Source: Chiloscyllium plagiosum (taxonomy: Eukaryota). From it: a stretch of 64,000 bases of DNA. A program made the translations under genes and the position numbers. Where the stretch lies: assembly GCF_004010195.1 (NCBI RefSeq), contig NC_057719.1, positions 65,989,049 through 66,053,048 on the forward strand. The letters run 5' to 3'. The notes below the pieces were generated by a model. It saw only the letters and a program-made list of their open reading frames with translations, searched no databases and was not told the DNA's origin. Shown here piece by piece: positions 40,990 through 53,405 of this stretch (positions are counted from its first letter, which is position 1; every line of letters begins with the position of its first letter).

Positions 40990-41133
40990 AAAGATAAAAA
41001 AAATTGCAGATGCTGGATTCCAAAGTCGACAAGCAGGAGGCTGAAAGAAGGGTTACACCTGGAATGTTGACTTCTTCACCTCCTGATGCTGCCTGGCTTG
41101 CTGTGTTCTTCCAGTCTCCAGCTTGTTTACCTT
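40990..41133. mobile_element. Degenerate PLE-terminus-like inverted element
   Basis: TGCAGATGCTGG start and TGATGCTGCCTGGCTTGCTG motif like family 1; short inverted arms. Confidence 0.45.
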
Positions 41134-41898
41134 TCCCAGGGATTAGCAGCAGGAACGTGTGCTGATTTTGCCTTTCTCTCCAAGAATTCCAGGACCATCC
41201 ATAGTAATTTACAATACCAACAAGACTGGCATTAACTAATGCAGAGTAATCCCTGAAACTTCCTAATCAATGAAATTTAGCTATTTCATTAATGTTTTTT
41301 AGTTTACGTGTTTGGATGTGTTGTGGCAGGGAGCACCTGAACCAGGACCTTCTGGCCCAGAGGCAGGGACACAACCACTGCCCAATAAGAGGCCCTCAGT
41401 GACTTTGTTAAACCAATCAAGCCATTAAAAGTGCTAGTCTGACATCATCTTGACATATTGAGTTCCACTGACTATCCCTTACCAGTCAGTTTAGTTAGTC
41501 TTTTCTCACAATAGTCAACAAGTCATAAGGTATGTCAACATTAGCAGATTTTAAGAAATACTTTGCATTAATTCACTAGTTAATACTGTGAAGAGCCAAT
41601 ATCTCTCAGAAAGAGGTGTTTCAAGAATGGAGAGAAAACAAATTGTAACACCCTAGTGCAGAATCTTATTGAATGAATGTAGTGCATTGTAAATCACATT
41701 ATTCTATAGGTAATTGGAGATAAATACATTGTCAGCAACTTTGGCATGCACTCTGAGAAAGTAAGTTACTTAAAACATTACTGTAATAACTCAAATGTGA
41801 ACAAATAAAGACAGCATGGAAATTATATCTGTCTTTTTAGTTATCATTTTTTATTTGCATCATGGAGGTCCTTCAGCAGATACCAGAACTAAACTCAC

Positions 41899-41979
41899 CA
41901 TCATTATGGCCCTCACAGAGCAGTTGCAAAAACCGAAACAAATCCCGAGTAAATTCATCATTCTGCAATACTTTGTCAC
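41899..41979 (-). CDS. RYR3: RYR3 exon (81 nt): (G)[26 protein letters not shown](D)
   Basis: tctcag acceptor, GTGAGT donor, phase 1-1; contains the Ca2+-ligand Glu (CEGH). Confidence 0.96.
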
Positions 41980-42691
41980 CTGAGAATATTAAAGAAAGTG
42001 ATTGTACATTGTAAAAGACATTCTAGCATTTGGTATGTCATTACAGAAATCAATTGTAATCAGTATTTAGTAAATCACGGAAGTTAACAATCTCACACAA
42101 CATTAAAATAGGTTCATTCCACATTACATCATTTTAATGTTATGTTCTGCATTGGTCTTTGAATTCAATTTACGTCAGGACATTGTGATCACACAACTTT
42201 TTTCACAGCGAAAATTCATATCACAATCAGGTTGCTTGCACATTCTCGCACAAGCTTAACTTATAACCATCTATGTAGTCATTGTTCGGATAACAATAAA
42301 AGCACAAACGCAATGTTAATGCAAATATAAAGTTTGAATTTTGATGCTTTTCAAAAAAAAGATGTAAGTGTTCCATAATGCATACAAAAGGATTTAAAAT
42401 CAAAACCAAAATATTGTTTAAACAACATATAATCATTGTATTCAGCTGCATTTTTAAGTGCATTCTTCACTGGCAGACATCGGTAACTTCCATTCCAAGA
42501 ATTCTAATATATGAACATTTTCAAATGTTATTTTAAATGCAAGCCACACAATAAGCAGTTTTAATGGACCAGAAAAAACCCTATATTTGTCCTTCTATTG
42601 TCCAATCATGGAATAATGATCAGTACTTTTTTCTGGCCCACATTTTGTCAGTTGTGCCATTCGAAAATAAATATTCAAACCACGTATTTAC

Positions 42692-42709
42692 CATGTTCAC
42701 GAACAATGA
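42692..42709 (-). CDS. RYR3: RYR3 18-nt microexon (L)IVREH(G), ASII-equivalent
   Basis: ccacag|TCATTGTTCGTGAACATG|gtaaat; phase 1-1; gives GT-LIVREHG-DKVLQ, matching mammalian RYR3 LIVRERG. Confidence 0.9.
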
Positions 42710-42905
42710 CTGTGGATCAATGGTTTTAGGGTTCAAGGGAGAGGAGAAGAATGTGAGGAAATGGTTTATTAATGAAACATTTAAAGAAAAACAAAACATC
42801 AATCTTAAAAATGACAAATTTCTAAGACCACAAATTAAATTAGCAATGAACACATAATATTGAAGTAATCAGAGAATAATAACAAAACATATTTTCGGAA
42901 ATAAT

Positions 42906-43640
<735 letters not shown>

Positions 43641-45390
43641 TTACAAAATTTGTCTCATCCATTACTTATGGATTGGAAATCTGTAAATAAGACTGCTTCA
43701 TCAATTATATTCAATTTTTCATTCTGAACAAAGGATTTAAAGAATATATATCTTGTGAGATGTATGTGCTGCCAGAAATCTAGCTTCTGTGGCTTGTCCC
43801 TAGCTGATCTTGGATAGGAGTTATAACCTGATTGATTTAGAATAGAAAAGTTCGCCACCCCTTTAAACATTGAGGACATGCCTTTGTATCACTTGAACTC
43901 ATTTTTACTGGTCTTCATTGCATACGTTGGTACCAGTTGATGTGAACCTGTATATTATTTGTTCTCAGGAAGTAGGCAACAGTTTTCCTGTTATATCGCT
44001 AATTGCCCTGTGACGGTGCTGAGTCACCTTGGAGCACAGTAACTGGGAGACAGGCTTACAGCAAGTTTCCTTCTCTTGAGGCCATTATCATACCAATTGG
44101 ATTTTTACATTCATCCATCCAACAGCTTTACAATCAGCTTTAAGATTTTTATACAATTTCTTAATTTTATTAAACTGAATTCAAACTTTCAAGTGGTAGA
44201 ATTTGGACTCACCTTTTCCAAATTATCCACCAATATCTCTGGATTATCAGCCCAACAAGATCATAATAGTGACACTTTGTACGTGTTTTAGTGAGAAGTG
44301 ACTGTGCATCTAATGTAGAATAATGTGTGTCCCTGGGCTGCACTTCCGTGTGTATTCTCCTGCTTTGATCTTGCAATGGAGCAATGGGGAACAGGAGACG
44401 CCCAAGGAAACTCAACCTCCGATATTTTTATTTTTGAGAGTCTTACAGAAATGCACCTTTATTTAGACTTCATGAAATCTCATCTTTTCAATTTTGCCAT
44501 ATCTCCTTTCTTGACATTGCCCACATCATTCAAATGCTAAGAAAACTCCACCCTTACATTTTACCTTTATGTTTGATTGGAATGTAGTCCTAATAACTAT
44601 TTTGAAGGAAGTAGATTCTTTGCTCAGATAAAAAAAGCCAATTGGCTTTGTTGTTAGTCATTCAGTTAGTGAGTTAAGGTGAAGCCATTTCAAATCAGCA
44701 AAATATAGATTTGGTCTTGAATTCTGTTATGAAGCTGTTACATGGTGTACAGTATTATTTAGGTTACCACTTTGTTGACACTTTGGGAGAGATGCAAGCG
44801 GATAAATCCTGACAGAAAATTTGAAGTGGACTCCAAAGGCAAATTAATGCCTTGTCATCTATGTCAAGCTGTTTCCAATAGTAGTGCCCAGCATTACTTT
44901 GGATTCAACCAAGAGGTTAAGAGTACAGTACTCTGAGATTTAGCAGCACAGGGTCTCTATAAGTTGTGGCGAGGCTTGTGTGCTGGCAAGAACCCTCCAG
45001 TTTTGTTGAACATAGCGGTAATCATAAAAGGGTGCACCACCATTGCATAAGGCGTTTGGTTCCGGCAAGATGTTACTGGACAATTAAAGCAGACAATGAA
45101 ATTTCAGATTCCATTGGTTTGAACATTTCAAAGCTGAAACTGAAAAAAAAGTCAATCAGCCTGTTGTTAAACTCCAGCCGGTTTACTCATGCTCTTTAGC
45201 AGAGCAGACCTGCTATTCTTATCCAGTCTGACCTTCCTGGGCCATACTGATGGGTTTAATTCTTAACAGGGGCTTATGAAATGCGTGAATGAGCATGATG
45301 ATACATGGGACGGTACAGCAGTCTACATGTCAAAGGCAGGAGCTTAAAAACATGCCCAACATCATACAGATTTTGTTCATTTTGTTTTAC

Positions 45391-45467
45391 CTGCAAAAGC
45401 GCATGAGTCCAGACAGACTTCTGAAAAAACCACTTTCCTTCTTCTCCTTCAAATAGTCCAACATTAT
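45391..45467 (-). CDS. RYR3: RYR3 exon (77 nt): IMLDYLKEKKESGFFRSLSGLMRFC(S)
   Basis: tttgtcag acceptor, GTAAAA donor, phase 0-2. Confidence 0.94.
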
Positions 45468-45791
45468 CTGACAAACAGAAGACATATTGCAATTGTATTT
45501 GCTGGAGTTAAATTTACATAGAAGTATTAGTAATTAAGTGATGTTATCTGTATAGAAGCTGCTCAGTAAATTTCATTAATAATTTCCTACAACGATTGTT
45601 ACAAACTCCTACATCACAAAATGCTTTAGGATAAGTGTTGTATAATTTAAAATAGTCTTTGAAAATGATATTATCTGCAGAAGAATGTAAGACTACTGTA
45701 TGTTTGAAAGTGAAAAAAAACTTGTAAAGGTTGAATGCATTAGGGAAGTAAAGCTGATGCTCATTTTATAATGATAAATAAATGCATTTAC

Positions 45792-45871
45792 CCGCTGGAC
45801 ATCTGCGTTGCCACCATTTAGAATGGCGATACCAAGCTTTAAAGTTGTTGTCACCATCTTGCCTAACACAC
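45792..45871 (-). CDS. RYR3: RYR3 exon (80 nt): (G)VLGKMVTTTLKLGIAILNGGNADVQR
   Basis: caacag acceptor, GTAAAT donor, phase 1-0. Confidence 0.95.
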
Positions 45872-46141
45872 CTGTTGAACAGTTAAAATATTAATATAAA
45901 TGTTAAGACCAAGGAATAGTAGGATAAAGAAACACACCAAAAATCACACATTTGGGACAAAGTGCTACTCGTCCACCCTTGGACTTTAGCTATCAAAGTA
46001 CAGTCATAGTCTGTACTTTGGCAGACTATGCTTTAGCAAAATCATCAACACAGGAGATAACTGGGCGACATTGCTATTTTTAGCAGTTGATGGGAAGCAG
46101 TCTCTCGGGTCCAGTATAGTATGCGGATGGCTGTACAGTAC

Positions 46142-46241
46142 CTTTACTGGCACTGATCACTTGCAAAACCATCTCAGCTGCTGCACGTTGGTGAAGTCTT
46201 GCCTGTTGATAAAGAGTCATCTGTTTCTCCATTTCTTTTTC
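46142..46241 (-). CDS. RYR3: RYR3 exon (100 nt): [33 protein letters not shown](G)
   Basis: cacaag acceptor, GTACTG donor, phase 0-1. Confidence 0.95.
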
Positions 46242-46300
46242 CTTGTGGAAAACAAAATGTAAACAGTTTTAATGGAAGAACCATGCAGTTATTATTTCAT

Positions 46301-46584
46301 GAAACAGGCCCTACAGCCCAACAAGTCCACAGTGACCATCTGAAGTATAACCCACCCAGACCTATTCCCCTAACCTATTATCATATATTTACCCCTGACT
46401 AATGCACCGAACCTACACATCCCTCAACACTATGGGCAATTTGGCATGGCCAATTCACCTAAACTGCACATCTTTTGGATTGTGGGAGAAAACTCCACAC
46501 AGACAATCGCCCGAGGCTGGAATCAAACCCAGGTTCCTGGGACTGTGAGGCAGCAGTGCTAACCACTGAGCCACCATGCTGCCC
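46301..46584 (-). mobile_element. HE1-type SINE
   Basis: Same body and head as other copies. Confidence 0.88.
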
Positions 46585-46696
46585 AATGCATTGTTTATGT
46601 AGCACATGGAGTACAATTTGTTTTAATGCACAAAATAATAACATAAGAGGCACTCAATTTATAAACATTTAACTTATAGGGGTTCGTATTTATGAA

Positions 46697-46902
46697 GGGG
46701 AGAAAGTGAGGTCTGCAGATGCTGGAGATTAGAGCTGAAAATGTGTTGCTGGAACAGCGCAGCAGGTCAGGCAGCATCCAGGGAACAGAAGAATCGATGT
46801 TTCGGCATAAGCCTGAAGAAGGGCTTATGCCCGAAACGTCGATTCTCCTGTTCCCTGGACGCTGCCTGACCTGCTGCGCTGTTCCAGCAACACATTTTCA
46901 GC
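46697..46902. mobile_element. Family-1 palindromic PLE mini-element with 14-bp TSD
   Basis: TTCGTATTTATGAA at 46683-46696 and 46903-46916; near-perfect inverted arms; core CTGAAGA-A-GGGC-TTAT-GCCC-GAAA-CG-TC at 46813-46840. Confidence 0.85.
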
Positions 46903-47693
46903 TTCGTATTTATGAATACAATCCCATAGGTGTAATCTTAAAGGTCTTACATATAAAAGCTTCCTGTACTTACAGACTATTACTTTATATTGTTCTGCAT
47001 TGTGTTCAGACTTCTAAGCAGACTCAAGAATGGAATCTGTTCGCAACCCAGGAACTGTTTCTACTTATATATTTATGCTATGTCAAGCAAAATGGAAGCA
47101 TTTTATGATTTAGAAATAAAACAAAAATGGAATTTCACAATATCTTTCAGATCGTCCATTTGTCTGAAACAATTGCTAAAGATAAATATAGAGATATAGA
47201 AGCCCTACAGTGTGGAAGCAGGCCATTCGACCCATTGAGTCCAGATCGACTCTCCAAAAAGCATTTTTTACTGCAGTGTGGGACCACAATGCACATAACT
47301 GTATTTAGGGCAGAACTGTACACAAAGATAAGTGGAGTAATTCCAACTACTTTGGTAATAGTATAAATGGGGTGATACCTAATTATCTGAAGTACACACT
47401 TCTCAAATTTTCAATTCCAATAACTTCAACATACCCATTAAGAAATGGACAGTCTCCTGGTCAGACCAAATTGTGCGAAAGCTGTAGTACAACTGCCTCC
47501 CTGTTAAAAAGGTTCATGCCACTAATATACTCTGTGGCAATGTCCTCGTTTTTGAGGGAATACCAAAGACAGTGTCTAAGAAATTCAGTATCTCATTGGC
47601 CAATCAATTAGATTACTTAGTCACAGTCACAGCAATTTCATTTATTTTATGACCATTGCTGTGGTTCTGTTCGCCGAGCTGGATGTTTTTGTT

Positions 47694-47733
47694 GCAAACG
47701 TTTCAGCCCCTGTCTAGGTGACATCCTCAGTGC
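47694..47733 (-). ncRNA. Minimal hammerhead ribozyme motif (family 3, RYR3-sense strand)
   Basis: Reverse complement GCA-CTGAGGA-T-GTCACCT-AGAC-AGGGGCT-GAAA-CG-TT-TGC. Confidence 0.65.
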
Positions 47734-48320
47734 TTGGGAGCCTCCTGTGAAGCGCTTCTGTGGTGTTTCCTCCGGCATTTATAGTGGCCTGTCCCTGACG
47801 CTTCCGGTTGTCAGTTTCAGCTGTCCGCTGTAATGGTCGGTATATTGGGTCCAGGTCTATGTGTTTGTTGATGGAGTTTGTGGATGAGTGCCATGCTTCT
47901 AGGAATTCCCTGGCTGTTCTTTGTTTCGCTTGCCCTATAATGGTAGTGTTGTCCCAGCTATCCCTAGTAGCCACACACGCAGACGACAAGCAACATGAAT
48001 TTGACTGGGACAACACGAACACCAACTAGCCACGAAACGACATGACCAGCTATCCCTAGTAGCCACACACGCAGACGAGAAGCAACATGAATTTGACTGG
48101 GACAACACTACCATTATAGGGCAAGTGAAACAAAGAACAGCCAGGGAATTCCTAGAAGCTTGGCACTCATCCACAAACTTCATCAACAAACACATAGACC
48201 TGGACCCAATATACCGGCCACTACAGTGGACAGCTGAAACTGACAACCGGAAGCGGCAGGGACAGGCCACTATAAATGCCGGAGGAAACACCACAGAAGC
48301 GCTTCATAGGAGGCTCCCAA

Positions 48321-48360
48321 GCACTGAGGATGTCACCTAGACAGGGGATGAAACGTTTGC
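48321..48360 (+). ncRNA. Minimal hammerhead ribozyme motif (family 3)
   Basis: GCA-CTGAGGA-T-GTCACCT-AGAC-AGGGGAT-GAAA-CG-TT-TGC; stem I GCA/TGC. Confidence 0.7.
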
Positions 48361-48543
48361 AACAAAAACTTCCAGGTTCGTGAACAGAACCACAGCAACG
48401 AGCACCCGAGCTACAAATCTTCTCACAAACTTTGAATTTTATGACCATTATTAGCCCCATGAGGAAGGAATGACATTTTATACAATTATTCTTTCCAGAA
48501 TAAATTAAGCTCCAGTTTTGAAACCTTTCTTCAATCCACTTAC

Positions 48544-48594
48544 TTCAAAGGTTTTTTCCTTTTCTTCATCTTCCTCCTCAGCAACTTGGCAGCT
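48544..48594 (-). CDS. RYR3: RYR3 exon (51 nt): SCQVAEEEDEEKEKTFE
   Basis: attag acceptor, GTAAGT donor, phase 0-0. Confidence 0.93.
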
Positions 48595-50360
48595 CTAATT
48601 ACAGAGATGACAATGTTAGGGTCACATGGTCTCTGGATTCACCTAGCATTTTTTGTCAAGTCCTGAAATGTTTTCATAGAACAAAATTCGCAAGGAACGA
48701 GAAGTATTTCCATTACCAACTTCACCAATTCTCCCTTTCAGGTGCACCCCATGGTCCACAGAACGCTGCCAACAATTCAATCTTTGGAGGGAAGCAGCTC
48801 CTAGTGAACCAGTGGAGATAGTTTACCTTTTGTACTAAATATGAAAAACAGGGAAATACCACATGGCTCCTATCTCAAATCCTCAACCAAATGCCCCAGT
48901 GGAAATGGGTGATTAAGATTGATCAGACGAAGAAGAATCAGTAACAAGTGGCCATAAACATCAGATTGGTTACCAATGAGATATTTTCATCACTAATGGA
49001 ACATGTGAGAAATGCTTGAGCATTCTGGCCCCCGTTTTCCAATCCCCCTCCCTCCCTGTCAACCAGTCACACAACCTTTCATTTCTCACCACTTGGTATT
49101 TTGTACCCACACACACCCCTCCGCTTTAGCTCCGCCCCATTTCTATTTTATCCATTGTGGCCATCTCCAAAACTGGTGACTGCCTTAACAATAGGAGGAC
49201 ATGCATGCTTACAGCACTGTGATCGGCCTCTCCCTAATGTTCATAATACATGGGAAGAGGGTGAACTCTCCAAAAAACCTCCAATCTCTCTGGAAACCTC
49301 ACTTGAGGACAACCAGTTAGGGAAAAGTCACCCATAAGTACAATGGAAGGAAATGGAAGGAAGCTGCTCCTCCAATCACAGATTGGTTTCCCCTATGCTT
49401 GCTGCTGATGAGTCAACTAGTGAGCCAATCAGCAGCAAATGCAGGGATGAACACTCTGGCAGCTATGTCAATAGTACTGGCAGAGCAAAGGTCACCAGGG
49501 AAATGATGGGAGGGCCAGTGAGGTCTGACTGGGAGGGAAAGGGACACCTTAAAGGCAGTGATGCAGGCTGCAAGGGCTGGGAGGTTGCAGCGAGGAGTGA
49601 TGGTGATAGTGAAGTGAGACACAAGACAGTCTGCCAAGGCAAGGGGAGGGAGGAAGCAGTTGCAAAGAAGTGAGAACAGTTTCAAATCTAACAACAATTT
49701 AATACTAGATTGGAATGATAAAAACGTGAAATCACCGAGGTAACAAAGTACTTTGCAACAAATGCGATACAGCTACCAAAAGGTTGCATTTGTTCAGGAG
49801 CTATTCTATGGAGAACATTGTAGTCGATATTATTATAGTAAAGATTGCATCAATTTTTAAATCTAAATCTGAGATCAGTAAAAGGGTAGTAGCTACCTGT
49901 TTAAAATATTCTAGCTTGGGAATACAAGCTGTGACCTCACCAGTTTATAGAAGAGGTGTTTAGGATGATTGTTTTTTTTGTGTAGAGACATACATCAATG
50001 TTTTTTGGAAAAGCTTGTGCTAACCTGTGTCTGTTTTCTTGAATCAATTTGAATACTGTAGCATATAGAAAAGTAATGCCTTCTTTGTGTACTGTGGCTT
50101 TATATGTAATGGGGTAGACAATTATTGAGGATACTAATGAATTCTTATAATTCTGTCTACTTCAGATATCCTATATAACAACAGAAATACAGAAGGCATT
50201 GTTACTGTGTGACTGCATCATTTAATAAAAGGGTTAATGAGAATGAAAGATAGCCCCTGAAAACCAAAAGGTAACTGCTGAAATCAAAACAAAGGAAGCC
50301 CTCGAGAAAAAGTAAACAAGTTCTTTGTGCCCTGCCCGCACCGCTCTCTGTCTCACTTAC

Positions 50361-50412
50361 CTTTGCCATCATGTCTGCATATGCAAGGTACAAAGGATCA
50401 TCTTCAATAACA
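50361..50412 (-). CDS. RYR3: RYR3 exon (52 nt): VIEDDPLYLAYADMMAK
   Basis: ttttgcag acceptor, GTAAGT donor, phase 2-0. Confidence 0.95.
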
Positions 50413-51446
50413 CTGCAAAAGGTGATTTGAAAACATTTAATTCTGGAGAATTGAAGTTTGGTTTTAGTTTGTTTGCCTAAAATTTCTGACAAAAGCAATT
50501 CAATATTATAAAATGCAATTTGGGGGCAACATTTTGTATATGGTCAACTATGGTTTGCTCCACTCTTTTAATGAGGATAAGCTCTTGAAATTAACGTGAA
50601 GACTTAAGATAAAGAATACTTTCAGTACAAGGCACTAACTGCTTTCATCTCCCTCTTGTGAACAGAAACAACAATAGCTGGTGTAAGACTATAAGCATCT
50701 CTCCATTTCTACCATGATGAGTAGATCTGCACTGCTGCTTGTCTTAAGAACTGTTCCAGTTACATAGGTTTTTGAAGTGGTCTGGGTAAGTCACAAAGCA
50801 GGTTCCAAATCTGAAATAAAACCATTAGCAATTGAGCATCACTGCTTATTCAGAGGAATTTCTGGGTCGAGGTGTGTCCAGTCAAGCCTTCATATTATCA
50901 TCTCATGTCATCTGAAGGAATGCCTGAGACCAAATAAAGTCCTTTTGGAAAAAGAGATAGATATATTCATTAAGATTTAACTGGTTGGGTGTGCATTAAA
51001 TAAATATGCGGAGCTAGTAATCATTGGGGTGTAATGTTTTGTAGTGTGGTCAATCGAAATAAAACTGTCAAAGTGTGGATTTGGACCATTTACTGTTTTC
51101 TTCCATTATATACCATTCAAACCTGGAATAAATGCTAGAACGATATTGCTCTGAATAAACTAGGGACTTCCACAAGTAAGCTTAAACTGTCATGGAACAA
51201 GTTGTAAAGGAGTTGAGAGAACAGAAGGTGTTGAACCCTTTACAATGTGGAATCCTTTACAGGGTGGAGCAACAGTTATTTGCCCAACATTATTGATGAT
51301 TTAGTACATTTCCAAATCAAAGAAATGCTTCCTTGTTTACTTCAGTTGCTGGTACTTATTGTTTCTTTCTTACCCAGTGATATACCTAGTATTGTTTGAT
51401 TGGCAGCAACAGCCTAGACAAAAGTAAAAGAATATGTTTATTTTAC

Positions 51447-51553
51447 CTCCTTTCAGTGAGGGCACTACGGCTGAAGTGAAGTATAAGCTGGTGAAGCGGA
51501 TCCGGTTTCTTCTCAGACACTTCTTCCTCTTCTTCTGATATTTTAGCAGGTTT
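51447..51553 (-). CDS. RYR3: RYR3 exon (107 nt): [35 protein letters not shown](S)
   Basis: cttag acceptor, GTAAAA donor, phase 0-2. Confidence 0.94.
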
Positions 51554-52211
51554 CTAAGCACATTTAAAGGTTTGTTTTAAACCAGTGGATACAAGCCAAA
51601 GTACTTAAACTGTGAGCTGTACAGTTTTATAGAATGTGCAAAACAAGAACAATCACATTTTGCATCTAATTATCTCCATAAATCATTAGTTTACAAGTAA
51701 GACTATTTATCTAAGATAAATAGATAGTTGTTAATAAATTACATGACCCTGCATCAGATTTCTTCTCAAAAAAATCACAAATTTTCTCTCCACTCTTAGT
51801 TTCAGTTTTGCACATTAAACAAGTTAGATAATTCTCACAGAGGTCCAAAGATAGTTTTATTAGTTTGAACAAACAAACCCTTTTGAAAGGCATGCTCATC
51901 TATTAGATGGCACAGCTGTAGTTTAATTTAAAACATAACATGACGATATTGATGAAAGAGGGTAGTAAGAGAAGGAACAATATTTCAGACCAATTACAGT
52001 AATATAAAATGTAACTTGATCAATTATGACCTTCAAAATGCAGTCAACTTTGGAATCATGGCAGAAGACATCCTTTACCTGAAATTAAACCTTCCATGCC
52101 TAATTGCAGATTCTTGGATCTGGGACGAAAATGATCAGTCAGGAGAATATTGATCCTCCCTCCAAAGGGTGGAAACCAAGCCACTAAGCTGAAGAACTTG
52201 GCAACACAAGG

Positions 52212-52512
52212 TGGCTCGGTGGCTCAGTGGTGAGCACTGCTGCCTCACATGGCCAGGGACCCGGGTTCAATTCCAGCTAGGGTGATTGTCTGTGTGGAGT
52301 TTGCATATTCTCCCTGTGTGTGCATGGGTTTCCTCCCACAATCCAAAGATGTGCAGGTTAGGTGAATTGGCTGTGCTAAATTGCCTATAGTGTTCAGGGA
52401 TGTATAGGCTAGGTGCATTAGTCAGGGCTAAAGGTAGGGTTGAAGAATGGATCGGGGTGTGTTACTCTTCAGAGGGTTGGTGTGGACTTGTTGGGCCAAA
52501 GGGCTGTAGGAA
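52212..52512 (+). mobile_element. HE1-type SINE
   Basis: GGTGGCTCAGTGGTGAGCACTGCTGCC and GGGACCCGGGTTCAATTCC head. Confidence 0.88.
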
Positions 52513-53220
52513 TTGTAATTCAATTATACAGCAAGGTTTAATTTCATGTAAAAATTAAAACTGAATAATCTATGGAAATCTTTAGTGTCAATTAGCAACT
52601 AGTTACAGAGGAACACTGACAAAAGTATAGGAGTTGGATAGTTGTCCAAACTGGTAGTTTATTTTATTCTTTCATGGGACATGGCTTTGCTGGCAAAATC
52701 AGCATTTGATGCCAGGGCCTAACTGTCCTTTATGTTAATTTTTTTTTCATTTCACCAAAATGTGCTTGTGCTACTGCCACCTCCCAGCCAAATATTCCAA
52801 TTGCTAGGTCCCCCGATCAGCATGCCTTTGAACAATGGGACAAAACCTGCCAGGCTTTACCTGTCATGTTCCTGCTTGATTAAACGGCTTCTATCCTGGG
52901 TTAGTACTAGCTGTGGTGGAATGGGCCTAACCACCATAGATTTAATCAGGGTGGAGGCAGGGAGGGGATGGAAGTTCCCTGGTCACCTTCCTGCCAATTG
53001 CATACATATCTCTCAACAGTGATCACCCTTGTGTGCAAGAATCATTATCTGCAATTAGTAGCAAATATCTGTGAATTCTGTTGCTGCTATGACTTACTCA
53101 AAGTATTTGCCTTTGTTTCATTTGATAAATTGTATCAAAATATTTCACCTTTTAACAGTCAAGGAGGTAGTCTGATTTGATTTTAGAATGCAATCATCAC
53201 GAAGCAGCGCATAATCTGAA

Positions 53221-53405
53221 ACAAAAACTGAAGTTGCTGAAAAAGCTCAGAAGGTTTGGCAGCATCTGTGAAGAGAAATCAGAGTTAAAGTTTCAGGCCC
53301 AGTGACCCTCTCTCTTCACAGATGCTGCCAGACCTGCTGAGCTTTTCCAGCAACTTCTGTTTTTGATTTTGATTTACAGCATCGGCAGTTCTTTCGGTTT
53401 TTATT
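53221..53405. mobile_element. Palindromic PLE-terminus-like element with 16-bp imperfect TSD
   Basis: Arms GAAGTTGCTGAAAAAGCTCAG..GGCAGCATCTGTGAAGAGA / TCTCTTCACAGATGCTGCC..CAGCAACTTC; CAGCGCATAATCTGAA (53205-53220) vs CAGTGCATAATATGAA (53406-53421). Confidence 0.7.

Larger units (their letters stand above)
47658..48435. mobile_element. Penelope-like element (family 3): two 3' fragments in inverted orientation, 14-bp TSD
   Basis: GIY-YIG C-terminus (HADEKQHEFDWDNTTIIGQ..REFLEAWH..INKH) on both strands; ATTTTATGACCATT at 47644-47657 and 48436-48449. Confidence 0.9.

Noticed and set aside
42241..42258. Alternative 18-nt microexon candidate (LKLVREC)
   Set aside because: Poor pyrimidine tract, weak donor (GTGCAA) and out-of-register alignment; 42692-42709 fits far better.
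46697..46902. Palindromic elements as DNA-transposon MITEs, miRNA genes or CRISPR-like repeats
   Set aside because: Asymmetric arms, variable long TSDs and continuity with a PLE GIY-YIG ORF indicate a retroelement origin; there is no repeat-spacer array and the DNA is vertebrate.
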